The notes beneath the pieces were generated by a model. That model did not search any database. It was not told where the DNA came from and worked only from the letters and a program-made list of their open reading frames with translations. From Thermoanaerobaculia bacterium (GTDB lineage Bacteria; Acidobacteriota; Thermoanaerobaculia; Multivoradales; Multivoraceae), in the NCBI GenBank assembly GCA_963664405.1, contig OY761158.1:554038-618037 (forward strand): a stretch of DNA of 64,000 bases. Reading direction: 5' to 3'. The position numbers and the translations under genes were made by a program. This document shows, piece after piece, positions 37,688 to 46,366 of this stretch (the stretch's first letter is position 1; each line of letters starts with the position of its first letter).

Positions 37688-37852
37688 TCAATCGTCATCG
37701 CCACCGTCATCGCCGTCCGACGGGTCGTCCGTCCCTGAGAAGGGATCGTCGCGCTTGGCGTTGTCGCTGCGGTCCAGACGAAAACCTTTTCGCGCCACCG
37801 CGGCGACGATGGCAACGACGACGCCAATCGCGATCAAGAGCTCCAAAGACAT
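37688..37852 (-). CDS. Small single-TM protein with acidic tail (54 aa, below the ORF-track cutoff)
   Basis: GGAGGAAAC-ATG. MSLELLIAIGVVVAIVAAVARKGFRLDRSDNAKRDDPFSGTDDPSDGDDGGDDD. Confidence 0.45.
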   Translation of the reverse strand: MSLELLIAIGVVVAIVAAVARKGFRLDRSDNAKRDDPFSGTDDPSDGDDGGDDD

Positions 37853-38269
37853 GTTTCCTCCTTTGTCAGCGCGGACCAGGGTACTGCATTTGGCACCATC
37901 TCCTGTCGCCCTCCTGCTCCGAGGCCAGGACCAGGATGTCGCCTCTCACCCAGAAAGGCGTATCTGGACTCCTCTGTCAAGGACTCCTCCTTTGTTTCTT
38001 CAGGAAGTTCGGGCGATCACATGGTCATTGCCTCCGGGGCGAGCTCGAGAGCGAATCCTAGACGGTAGGTCTGACTGCAGTCGTATCTTCGGCCCGTTGG
38101 TGGAGCTTCTCTATGCTCCTGGCCAGGATGGATTCCGCGGGCGGGGAGCCAATCGACACACGGCCCTGAATAGGCCAGCCTTTCGTCGGCTCTCCCCCGC
38201 CCCGGTCCGACCGGTTCGCCATCGTTACGTCTCTCGAAGCAGTCACTGGGTGGGTTCTAGTAAGGGGAT

Positions 38270-39299
38270 CTACGCGGCTTTTCTTTCGATGGTGAAGTCT
38301 CGATCCTCGCGCCACACCGTCCAGGCAATGCGGGCGATCTTGTTCGCCAGCGCGACGGCGGCGCGGTTGTGTCCTCGGCGTTTCTCGACCTGCAGCGCCC
38401 ACGTGTACAGAGGGCTTGGGTTGTGGACTCTCTTGGCCGCCAACAGACAGGACCGAGCGCCGTGAATCAGAAGCCACCGCAGGTACTCGTCGCCTTGTTT
38501 GCTGATGTGGCCGAGCCGACGCTTTTGGGCGGTGGCGTGCACGCGCGGGGTCAGGCCCAAGTACGATCCAAAGCGTCGAGCCGAGGGGAAGCGGTGGATC
38601 TCGCCGACAAACGCCACCATCGCGGTGGCGGTGAGCGGGCCGATGCCGGGCACAGATTGCAGATGCGCGACGGCGGGCATCGTCGGGGCCAGTGCCTCGA
38701 GCTGCTTGGAAACGCTCGCGCAGCGCCGCTCCAGCTCCCGGATCTCCTCACATGCTTCCGCCAGGGTCAAACGCATGGGGTCGGGCAGATCGTTGGCGTC
38801 ATCTGCGATCAGCTCTCGTACCCGGGGCACTACGTTCTTGGCACCCTGGGCGATGAAGTGACCGTGCTCTCGCAACAGGCCGCGTACGCCGTTCAGCCGT
38901 GCCGTGCGCGTCTCCATCCAGGCCGAGCGCAACCGGTGCAAGGCCCCCACACCGCGCTGCTCGACGGTCTTGATCGGCACCGGCTCGATCTCCTCGTTGC
39001 GGTCGGCTTCCAGCAGCGCCTTCGCATCCGTGCGATCGGTCTTCTTGTGCCGGCGACGGTAGGGCCGTACCAGGTGAGGCGGTAGCAGCACCACCTCGTG
39101 ACCGAGCTTCTGGATCTCCTCAGCCCAGAAGTGGGCGGAACCACATGCCTCCAGAAGCACACGCGAAGCCTCGCGCTGCGCGAAGAACCGCAGAAACTTC
39201 TTCCGCGACAAGCGACACCGTTCGGCCACCTTCCCGGGAACGTGGGACACGGCGATCTCCAAGACGTTTTTCGCCAAGTCGACGGCGATGGTCGTAGAC
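38270..39299 (-). pseudogene. IS110-family transposase gene interrupted after codon 3 by IS21 copy 2
   Basis: ...TTIAVDLAKNVLEIAVS...PGIGPLTATAMVAFVGEIHRFPSARRFGSYLGLTPRVHATAQKRRLGHISKQGDEYLRWLL. ATG-CAG-TCT lies at 42699-42691 on the far side of the IS. TAGAC is duplicated at 39295-99 and 42690-94. Confidence 0.88.
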
Positions 39300-39658
39300 T
39301 GTTGATGGCTGCGAGAAAGCGCATCCCGTTGGCTGCGAGCGCAGTTTCCGGGATGGAGTGAGCTGAGGGCTTCGCGACCGCGGGAAAGCTAGGCCTTCTT
39401 CAGGAAGGGCGGCATCATCCCGCCGGAACGGCGGTCCGGGTGCGTGGTCCCGGCGGCGTGTTTGCGGTCGGAAGAGATGCGTGAGTCGGTGTAGGGCTTT
39501 GCAGTGCGGGCTCTGCTCTGATAGAGCAGGCCGACCAGAGACGGCGAGAGCCCGGGAAAGCGAAGTAGAAAACGCCCCGGGCTCTGCCCCAAACCGCAGC
39601 ATTAGCTGCGCTTGCAGTATGGCAGAGAGTCGGGGTCGTCGTCGAATGGGAGGCGACG

Positions 39659-40054
39659 ATGCGACCGGACTACCGACTCTTCGACTGTGCTCGATGCCGT
39701 CGGCGTATCTCGCTGTGCTCGCACTGTGACCGTGGCCAGCGTTACTGCCGGGCTTGTGCTCTGGTGGCTCGTCGGGAATCGACTCGGGCGGCCGGCCATC
39801 GGTACCAGCGAAGCCTCCGAGGTCGGCATTGTCATGCCGCCCGTCAGGCCCGCTACCGTCGGCGCCAGCGCGAGCGGGCAGAGAAAGTGACGCATCAGGG
39901 TACCCCAGGCGGTACTTCGGGGAGGACACTGTGTCGGATCGAGACTCCGAGGCGCGAAGTGCGCTACGACCCGAGGAATCCGCGATGCATGCAGTGTGGA
40001 GAGGCCTGCCGAGAGTTTGTGCGAACGAGCTTTCGTCGTTGCCGACGGAGATAG
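39659..40054 (+). CDS. Cys-rich (three CxxC) basic protein upstream of istA
   Basis: Identical to 5040-5435(-). Confidence 0.5.
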   Translation: MRPDYRLFDCARCRRRISLCSHCDRGQRYCRACALVARRESTRAAGHRYQRSLRGRHCHAARQARYRRRQRERAEKVTHQGTPGGTSGRTLCRIETPRREVRYDPRNPRCMQCGEACREFVRTSFRRCRRR

Positions 40055-40058
40055 GGGC

Positions 40059-41567
40059 GTGATCGACGCACAGCTGCGCGGGGAGATCCGTCGTCTGTTC
40101 CTGGTCGAGAAGTGGAAAGTCGGCACGATCGCTCGACAGCTACAGCTGCACCCCTCAACCGTGCGCCGGGCGCTGGAGAAGTCCGGCGTGCTACCCCAGC
40201 AGCGACGAGGGAGGATGATCGATCCTTACCTGCCGTTCATCGAGCAGGTGCTCGGGACCTACCCACGACTGCCGGCGAGCCGTCTCTACACCATGGTGGT
40301 GGAGCGCGGCTATCCAGGAGGCCCGGATCAGTTTCGCCACCTGGTGGCCTCGATGCGACCGAAGCCCCAGCGCGAGGCGTTTCTCTCGCTGCGCATGCTG
40401 CCAGGAGAGCAGGCGCAGGTCGACTGGGGCCACTTCGGTCGGCTCCGCGTCGGCCGGGCACATCGTCGGCTCTATGCCTTCGTCTTCGTGCTGTCGTTCT
40501 CGCGCACGGTCTTCGTGCACTTCACCCTCGACACTCGTCTCGAAACCTTCTTGCACGCTCACCAGCTGGCCTTCCACTACGTCGACGGCGTCGTCAGGAC
40601 CGTTCTGTACGACAACCTGCGAACCGCGGTGATCGAGCGGCAGGGAACCGCGGTGCGCTTCCATCCCGTGCTGCTCGATTTCGCCAGCCACTACGGCTTC
40701 CTTCCCACCGTCGCCGCGGTGGCTCGGGGAAATGAGAAAGGCCGCGTCGAGCGCGCAATCCGCTTCCTGCGAAGCTCGTTCTTCGGCGCCCGAACGGTGA
40801 GCGATTTGGATCGTCTGAATCGGCAGGTCCTGGAATGGTGCCAGAGGTCGCAGCGCAGACCCTGGCCGCAGGACCGACAGCGAACCGTGAAAAGCGCCCT
40901 GGCCCAGGAACGACCTCGACTGCTTGAGCTTCCCGGAGACGACTTCGAAACCGACCTGCGACTGGAGATCAAGGTCAGAAAGACGCCGATCGTGCGCTTC
41001 GACCTCAACGACTACTCGGTGCCGCACAGTCATGTGCAGAGGACCGTCACGCTCCTCGCCAGCGAGCATCGGGTGCGGATCCTCGATGGCCAGGAGCTCC
41101 TCGCCGAGCACCCTCGCTCGTACTCCCGGGGCGAGCAGATCCTCGATCCTCAACACCTCGAGGAGCTCCTCGCTCACAAACGCAGGGCCCGACGACACCG
41201 GGGCTTCCATCGGCTGTTTTCCGCTGTGCCTCGATGCGAAGAGCTGATGCAGCAGCTCGCCGAGCGAGGCGAGAACCTCGGAACGCAGACCGCCGGCCTG
41301 CTCCGACTCCTGCGCCAGTACGGCCCCCAGCGACTCGACAAAGCCGTGCGCGAAGCGCTCCTGAACCACGCACCGCGATTCCAGTCCGTCCGGCTCCTAC
41401 TCGAACGGCACCAGCGCGGCCTCGGTCAGCCCCCGGCTTTACCGGTGCCGCTCAGCCAGGAGCTCCAACAGCGAGATCTCTCCGTGAGACCGCACAACCT
41501 CGAGGACTACGACCAACTTGGAGGCAACGACGATGGCCCGACCCAGGAAGAGTCCAACGATCCCTGA
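40059..41567 (+). CDS. istA: IS21-family transposase IstA
   Basis: Identical to copy 1. GTG 40059 is preceded by GGAG. The longest ORF starts at 39996. Confidence 0.92.
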   Translation: MIDAQLRGEIRRLFLVEKWKVGTIARQLQLHPSTVRRALEKSGVLPQQRRGRMIDPYLPFIEQVLGTYPRLPASRLYTMVVERGYPGGPDQFRHLVASMRPKPQREAFLSLRMLPGEQAQVDWGHFGRLRVGRAHRRLYAFVFVLSFSRTVFVHFTLDTRLETFLHAHQLAFHYVDGVVRTVLYDNLRTAVIERQGTAVRFHPVLLDFASHYGFLPTVAAVARGNEKGRVERAIRFLRSSFFGARTVSDLDRLNRQVLEWCQRSQRRPWPQDRQRTVKSALAQERPRLLELPGDDFETDLRLEIKVRKTPIVRFDLNDYSVPHSHVQRTVTLLASEHRVRILDGQELLAEHPRSYSRGEQILDPQHLEELLAHKRRARRHRGFHRLFSAVPRCEELMQQLAERGENLGTQTAGLLRLLRQYGPQRLDKAVREALLNHAPRFQSVRLLLERHQRGLGQPPALPVPLSQELQQRDLSVRPHNLEDYDQLGGNDDGPTQEESNDP

Positions 41568-42327
41568 CGAACCACTACGAGAGCTCGCCCGATCCCTCGG
41601 CTTCTACGCCCTCGTCGACGACTGGGGCACCTACCGAGAACAGCCCTGGCTCGAACAGCTGCTGCGCAAAGAAGAGGCCGAGCGCAAACGGCGCAGCCTC
41701 GAACGGCGCATCCGCACCAGCCGCGTCGGGCTCTTCAAGAGCATCGCCGACTTCGACTTCTCCTGGCCCCAGCGCATCGACCGCGAGCAGATCCAGGATC
41801 TGCTCACCCTCCAATTCCTCGACGACATCACCAACGTCATCCTCCTCGGACCCAACGGTGTCGGCAAGACCATGATTGCCAAGAACCTCCTCTACCAGGC
41901 GCTGCAACGAGGGGCCACCGCCAGCTTCGTCACCGCCTCCGACATGCTCAACGATCTCGCCGTCCAGGAAACCCCCTCGGCGCTCCAGAGAAGGCTCTCC
42001 AAATACACCCGACCCTCGCTTTTGGCAATCGATGAGCTCGGCTATCTCTCCTACGACCACCGCCACGCGGATCTCCTCTTCGAGGTCGTCTCCAGGAGAT
42101 ACGGCAACAAGCCCATTCTTCTCACCACCAACAAGCCCTTCGCCGAATGGGCCGAGGTCTTTCCCAACGCCTCCTGCGTCGTCACTCTCGTCGATCGACT
42201 CACCCACCACGCCGAGATCGTCAAGATCGAGGCTAACTCCTATCGCCGCAAGGAGGCCAAGGAGGCTGCTGAAAAAAAGGCCAAGGACCGCGCCAAAAGG
42301 CGGAGCGCAGCACGACGACGCTCATGA
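41518..42327 (+). CDS. istB: IS21-family helper ATPase IstB
   Basis: Identical to copy 1. Confidence 0.95.
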   Translation: MEATTMARPRKSPTIPDEPLRELARSLGFYALVDDWGTYREQPWLEQLLRKEEAERKRRSLERRIRTSRVGLFKSIADFDFSWPQRIDREQIQDLLTLQFLDDITNVILLGPNGVGKTMIAKNLLYQALQRGATASFVTASDMLNDLAVQETPSALQRRLSKYTRPSLLAIDELGYLSYDHRHADLLFEVVSRRYGNKPILLTTNKPFAEWAEVFPNASCVVTLVDRLTHHAEIVKIEANSYRRKEAKEAAEKKAKDRAKRRSAARRRS

Positions 42328-42680
42328 CCCGAAGCCACTATCGGCGCCAGCTCCTCCGCCTCTATCGACTCCTTCCCGACACCCCGCACCGCTTCCACCA
42401 CGGCGACCGCGTCATCGTCGACCAGCTCTTCGACCAAGACCTGCCTCTCACCGTCCTCCAGGCCGCCCTCCTCCTCGGCTCCGCCCGACGCGCATGCCGA
42501 GATCCGCGCCTACCAAAGCTCCAGCCCATCCGATCCCTCGCCTACTTTCTCCCCATCCTCCGAGAACTCCCCACGACGCCACCCCCCGAGGGGTACCTCG
42601 ACTATCTGCGCCACACCCTGAGTCACGCCTCGCGGGGACAAAAAACCGACTCGCAGCCAACTAAGTGCGCTTTCTCGTAG
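42324..42680 (+). CDS. IS21 accessory ORF downstream of istB (118 aa, intact form)
   Basis: ATGA overlap with the istB stop. Ends 9 nt inside the right terminal repeat. No domain recognised. Confidence 0.45.
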   Translation: MTRSHYRRQLLRLYRLLPDTPHRFHHGDRVIVDQLFDQDLPLTVLQAALLLGSARRACRDPRLPKLQPIRSLAYFLPILRELPTTPPPEGYLDYLRHTLSHASRGQKTDSQPTKCAFS

Positions 42681-42689
42681 CCGGTAACA

Positions 42690-42804
42690 TAGACTGCATA
42701 GCGGACTCCTCTCATGTGAACGTTACGGTTCGTGCGACCTTGACATCTTAGATGCCGCTACAAGTCGCGGGAGGAGTCCATTCCATCAACATAGCCACTT
42801 TCTG
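42690..42804 (-). mobile_element. 5' end of the IS110-family element (start codon, RBS and structured leader)
   Basis: GAGAGGAGTCCGCT-ATG-CAG-TCT. A 9-bp helix GGACTCCTC (42779-42771) / GAGGAGTCC (42710-42702) encloses a second helix GCGACTTG / CAAGGTCGC. The region is cut at 42805 by the IS91-type unit. Confidence 0.55.
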
Positions 42805-42969
42805 AAGGCTTGAACGAAGGCCGCTGCGCGGCAGTTCCGGACGATGAGTCGAAGATCGTGGTCGTAGCGCCGGGCGTGAGCCGCGCCGAGAGTTAGCCAC
42901 GGTCGAGGAAAGTCTCCATCCTCTTGGTTTGGCGTCAATGCCGACGCCTGCAACGAGGAGGACCCTGTC

Positions 42970-43830
42970 ATGGGTGCACTGAGAGATCGGATGGAGACGG
43001 ACATGAAGCTGCACGACTTTCGACCGGCGACCCAATCGCAGTACTTGCACTGCGTGCGCCGGCTGGCGAAGCACTACGGGCGCTCGCCCGATGAGCTGTG
43101 CGAAGAGGAGGTGCGCAGTTTCCTGCTCTACCTCCGCGAGGACCGTGCTTTGAGCTCGGCGAGTATCAGCACCTACACGGCGGCGCTGAAGTTCTTCTAC
43201 GGGATCACCCTTCACCGCGAGGAGATGGTGCCCTCGTTAGGCGCGCCGAAGGTGCGCACGCAGCTTCCGGTCATCCTCTCGGGCACCGAGGTCGCGGCGG
43301 TGCTTGGCGCGATCCGCTCGCACGAGCTGCGTACGTTGGCCACGGTTCTGTACGCTTCGGGCCTGCGCATCAGCGAAGCGTGCGCGCTGGAGGTGTCAGA
43401 CATCGACTCCGAGCGCATGCTGATCCATGTGCGCGACGGTAAGGGCGGGCGCGACCGCTTCGCCCTTCTCAGCCCGCAGCTGCTCAAGGTGCTGCGTCGA
43501 TACTTCCGCAAAGAGCGCCCCGAGCCGCCCTATCTGTTTCCCGCTCCGCGCTCCGGCAAGACGTTGCGCCCCGACACGGTGCGTAAGAGCCTGCATCGGG
43601 CGGCTTTGCGCTGCGGGATTGTCAAGCGTGTGACCCCACACCTGCTGCGTCACTGCTTTGGCGCCCACATGCTGGAACTGGGCACTGATATCCGTGTGCT
43701 GCAGGCGCTGTTGGGTCACCGCTCGATCCGCACGACCCAGCTGTACGTACAGGTCTCCACCCAGCTGATCGCGCGCACCCCAAGCCCGTTGGACCTGCTC
43801 GGCACTCCCGCGGGCAAGGTCCTCGGATAA
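42970..43830 (+). CDS. Tyrosine site-specific recombinase (phage-integrase family)
   Basis: SAM-like N-domain. Catalytic ASGLRISEA (R), HLLRHCFGAHML (HxxR), LLGHRSIRTTQLY (H...Y). Confidence 0.9.
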   Translation: MGALRDRMETDMKLHDFRPATQSQYLHCVRRLAKHYGRSPDELCEEEVRSFLLYLREDRALSSASISTYTAALKFFYGITLHREEMVPSLGAPKVRTQLPVILSGTEVAAVLGAIRSHELRTLATVLYASGLRISEACALEVSDIDSERMLIHVRDGKGGRDRFALLSPQLLKVLRRYFRKERPEPPYLFPAPRSGKTLRPDTVRKSLHRAALRCGIVKRVTPHLLRHCFGAHMLELGTDIRVLQALLGHRSIRTTQLYVQVSTQLIARTPSPLDLLGTPAGKVLG

Positions 43831-43848
43831 CCGCGCGCTACAGCAACC

Positions 43849-45075
43849 GTGCACCCCCAGCAGGGGTGCGCTCGGCAGCTCGACCGCAAGGCGGGTCGGC
43901 CTCGCTTTGAGCTCGGCGAGATCTTCCGGGCGCACATCGACGCCTTTCGCGACCGCACCACCCTGAGCCCAGAGCAGGCTCAGGTGGTGCGGGCCCTCTG
44001 TGCCTGCCGCACCGCGCAGCTCGGCGGGCATCTGGACGTATGTCTGAACTGCGGCTTTAGGCGCCCGGCCTATAACTCATGCCGGAATCGTCACTGCCCC
44101 AAGTGCCAGGCGCTGGATCAGCACCGCTGGCTCGAGCGGCGCCTTTCTCGCATCCTGCCGGTCGCGTACTTTCACGTCGTCTTCACTCTGCCAGGAGAGC
44201 TTGCCTCGGTCGGCCTGCGCAACCGGCGGTTGGTGTACGAGCTGCTCTTCCGAGCCGCCTCCGAAACGCTGTTGACCCTTGGCAAGGACCCCCAGCGGCT
44301 CGGGGCTCTGCTCGGCATCACAATGGTGCTGCACACCTGGACCCGGGACCTGCGCTTCCATCCGCATGTGCACGCCATCGTCACGGGCGGGGGTCTGAGC
44401 CTCGAGGGTCAGCGGTGGCTCTCGACGGGCAACAAGTATCTGTTTCCCGTGAAGCTTCTGGGCAGGCTGTACCGCGGCAAGTTTCTGCACCACCTCGCCC
44501 GCGCTTACCAAGACGGACAGCTCGACCTGCCAGCAGAGCTGGCTGCCGACGGTGGCTTCGACCGCCTGCTGGACAAGCTCTACGCCAAGGACTTCATCGT
44601 CTACGCCAAGCGTCCCTTCGCCGGCCCGCAGCAGGTCTTCTCCTACCTCGGCCGCTATACCCATCGGGTCGCCCTGTCCAACCACCGAATCCTCGACGTT
44701 ACCGACAAGGCCATCACCCTCGCCACCCGCCACCCAAAGACGGTGACGCTGTCCCCCGAGGAGCTCATCCGCCGTTTCCTACTGCACGTCCTGCCCCGAC
44801 GATTCCAAAAGATCCGCCATTACGGATTGATGGCCTCGGCCAACGTCCACTCTCGCCTCGAGCGAGCCCGCGCTCTGCTCGAGTCCACCGCCACAGCTAC
44901 CCAGGCCGAAACCTCCCGCCCCGTCCCCATCGAGTCGGAAACCACAAACGAGCTCCTCCAACGCCTCACCGGCATCGACCTCGCGATCTGTCCCGCCTGC
45001 CAAGGTCCCCGCCTCCAACGTTTCCCCCTCGACCCTCCTGCCTACGCCCGGCCTCCACCGGTGGCGGCCGCGTGA
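43849..45075 (+). CDS. IS91-family (HUH/Y2 rolling-circle) transposase
   Basis: Zn-finger CLNCGFRRPAYNSCRNRHCPKC. YFHVVFTLP, LHTWTRDLRFHPHVHAIV (HUH), YLGRYTHRVALSNHRI (Y motif). Confidence 0.9.
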   Translation: MHPQQGCARQLDRKAGRPRFELGEIFRAHIDAFRDRTTLSPEQAQVVRALCACRTAQLGGHLDVCLNCGFRRPAYNSCRNRHCPKCQALDQHRWLERRLSRILPVAYFHVVFTLPGELASVGLRNRRLVYELLFRAASETLLTLGKDPQRLGALLGITMVLHTWTRDLRFHPHVHAIVTGGGLSLEGQRWLSTGNKYLFPVKLLGRLYRGKFLHHLARAYQDGQLDLPAELAADGGFDRLLDKLYAKDFIVYAKRPFAGPQQVFSYLGRYTHRVALSNHRILDVTDKAITLATRHPKTVTLSPEELIRRFLLHVLPRRFQKIRHYGLMASANVHSRLERARALLESTATATQAETSRPVPIESETTNELLQRLTGIDLAICPACQGPRLQRFPLDPPAYARPPPVAAA

Positions 45076-45418
45076 TCCCACGCCTTTCTCTTCCCGCGCT
45101 CCCGGTCCCGCCGCGGACAAGGCGGAGGTGTGCCCGCGGTGGCTCCGAACCCAAAATCGAGACGCCGGTGGACCTCCCAGGGGCCGCGCAGGCGCCTGAC
45201 CGCAACCCAGTGCACCTCTGGAACTACCTCACAACCCTCGACCTGGGGCGCGTCGCGCGCAGCACAGCCTGCCAACGAGGCTGATAACCCCATACACAAC
45301 CGCTCGTCTGGCGGCCTCCGCTCAAGCCAGGTCTAGCAGAATCCCGCTCGGGTAGATCCGCGCGACGACGACCCTCCTACCTCGCGGGACTCTGCGAGAT
45401 CCTTCTCCTTATGCAGAA

Positions 45419-45456
45419 CGAGCTATAGCTGTCGTAGTGCGCCGAAAACTGCGACA
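45419..45456 (+). repeat. REP-like hairpin unit (partial, cut by the IS91 unit A end)
   Basis: GAGCTATAGCTGTCGTAGTGCGCCGAAAACTGCGACACCC matches the GAGCTATTC-TGTCGT-loop-GCGACA module of the other units. Confidence 0.55.
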
Positions 45457-45460
45457 CCCA

Positions 45461-45892
45461 TCAGAGCGCAAGCGCGCCGAAGTAGACAAAGGGCGCGCTG
45501 ATGGCGATGCGCACCAGTCCCAACAGGCGCCACCCGATCAGGCTCCCACTCAGGTCAGAGGGCACGAACGCCTGGATGATGGCTCGGAAAGAGCCTGGGA
45601 ACAGCACCAACGCTGTTGTCATGAACACGACCAAGACCCAGCCGATGAGCGACAGGATGAACGCCAAGGTGCTCTGCCCATTCAGGTCCAAGGACCCCTG
45701 CTCTGAAGCTCCTGCCCAAATCATCGCCAACCCGAGTGGGAGCAGGAACGCCCCGAACGTTCGGGTTCGACCGTTCGTCGTGGTCGTCCTAGTGAACCAG
45801 CGCAGCACAGACGCTGGCGCGACGAAGACGAAGCCCCCGTAGCCAACACCGAGGACCCCAACCGCGATGCTCACGATTCCAAGCGCGCTCAC
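45461..45892 (-). CDS. Hypothetical integral membrane protein
   Basis: Four predicted hydrophobic helices. 143 aa. Confidence 0.65.
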   Translation of the reverse strand: MSALGIVSIAVGVLGVGYGGFVFVAPASVLRWFTRTTTTNGRTRTFGAFLLPLGLAMIWAGASEQGSLDLNGQSTLAFILSLIGWVLVVFMTTALVLFPGSFRAIIQAFVPSDLSGSLIGWRLLGLVRIAISAPFVYFGALAL

Positions 45893-45989
45893 GAGCCCTC
45901 CTTAGAGACTTCCTTGGGGGTGGCTGAACAAGCTACCCGAGTGGCTGCTTTCAGCGCCATCGAATGGACAGCATTCTAGCTGGCGGTTC

Positions 45990-46046
45990 AGGAGCCTGAT
46001 AGCTATTCAGCTCTTCCTGTCGTCCTTCGCCACATTTCGCGACACG
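45990..46046 (+). repeat. REP-like hairpin unit (partial)
   Basis: AGCTATTCAGCTCTTCCTGTCGTCCTTCGCCACATTTCGCGACACG. Confidence 0.5.
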
Positions 46047-46366
46047 CGACCTAGACCAGAGGAATGGTCCAGCTACGGCACGACGCAGATCGAGTCCGAG
46101 GCCCCGATCGGAGTGCCATCGAAGAGCGTACCGGCAAGGGCGGCTCGGCGACACCGACGAACGGTACCCCGAGCTGCAGCGGGTTGAGAGGCAGTAGTGG
46201 TAGTGAAGCCGCCGCCGCTAGCCGCGGCGAGCCGAGGGGCTCAAGAGCTCCTGGTGACCAGCCCGGAAGCCGAGCCGCTGACGGGCGGACCTCGCCCGGT
46301 GGCACACGGCGAGGCCTCGGCAACGTACGGCTCCCAGAGGCGACCGGTCTCGAACAGACAGCGAAC

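Larger units (their letters stand above)
39300..42689 (+). mobile_element. IS21-family element, copy 2 (intact, 3390 bp, four ORFs)
   Basis: Same ORF set as copy 1 in inverse orientation. TG...CA termini with 32/40 matching ends. 5-bp direct repeat TAGAC. Confidence 0.93.
42805..45408 (+). mobile_element. Tyrosine-recombinase + IS91-family unit, copy A
   Basis: Collinear with 61069-63672 at a constant offset of 18264. Similarity starts at AAGGCTTGAACGAAGG and ends at GAGATCCTTCTCC. Confidence 0.85.

Noticed and set aside
397-42689. The two IS21 copies as the arms of a 42-kb composite transposon carrying the housekeeping block
   Set aside because: Each copy has its own matching 5-bp target duplication (GGCGC/GGCGC and TAGAC/TAGAC). 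Each interrupts a gene whose two halves flank that single copy. These are independent simple insertions, not a unit that moved together.
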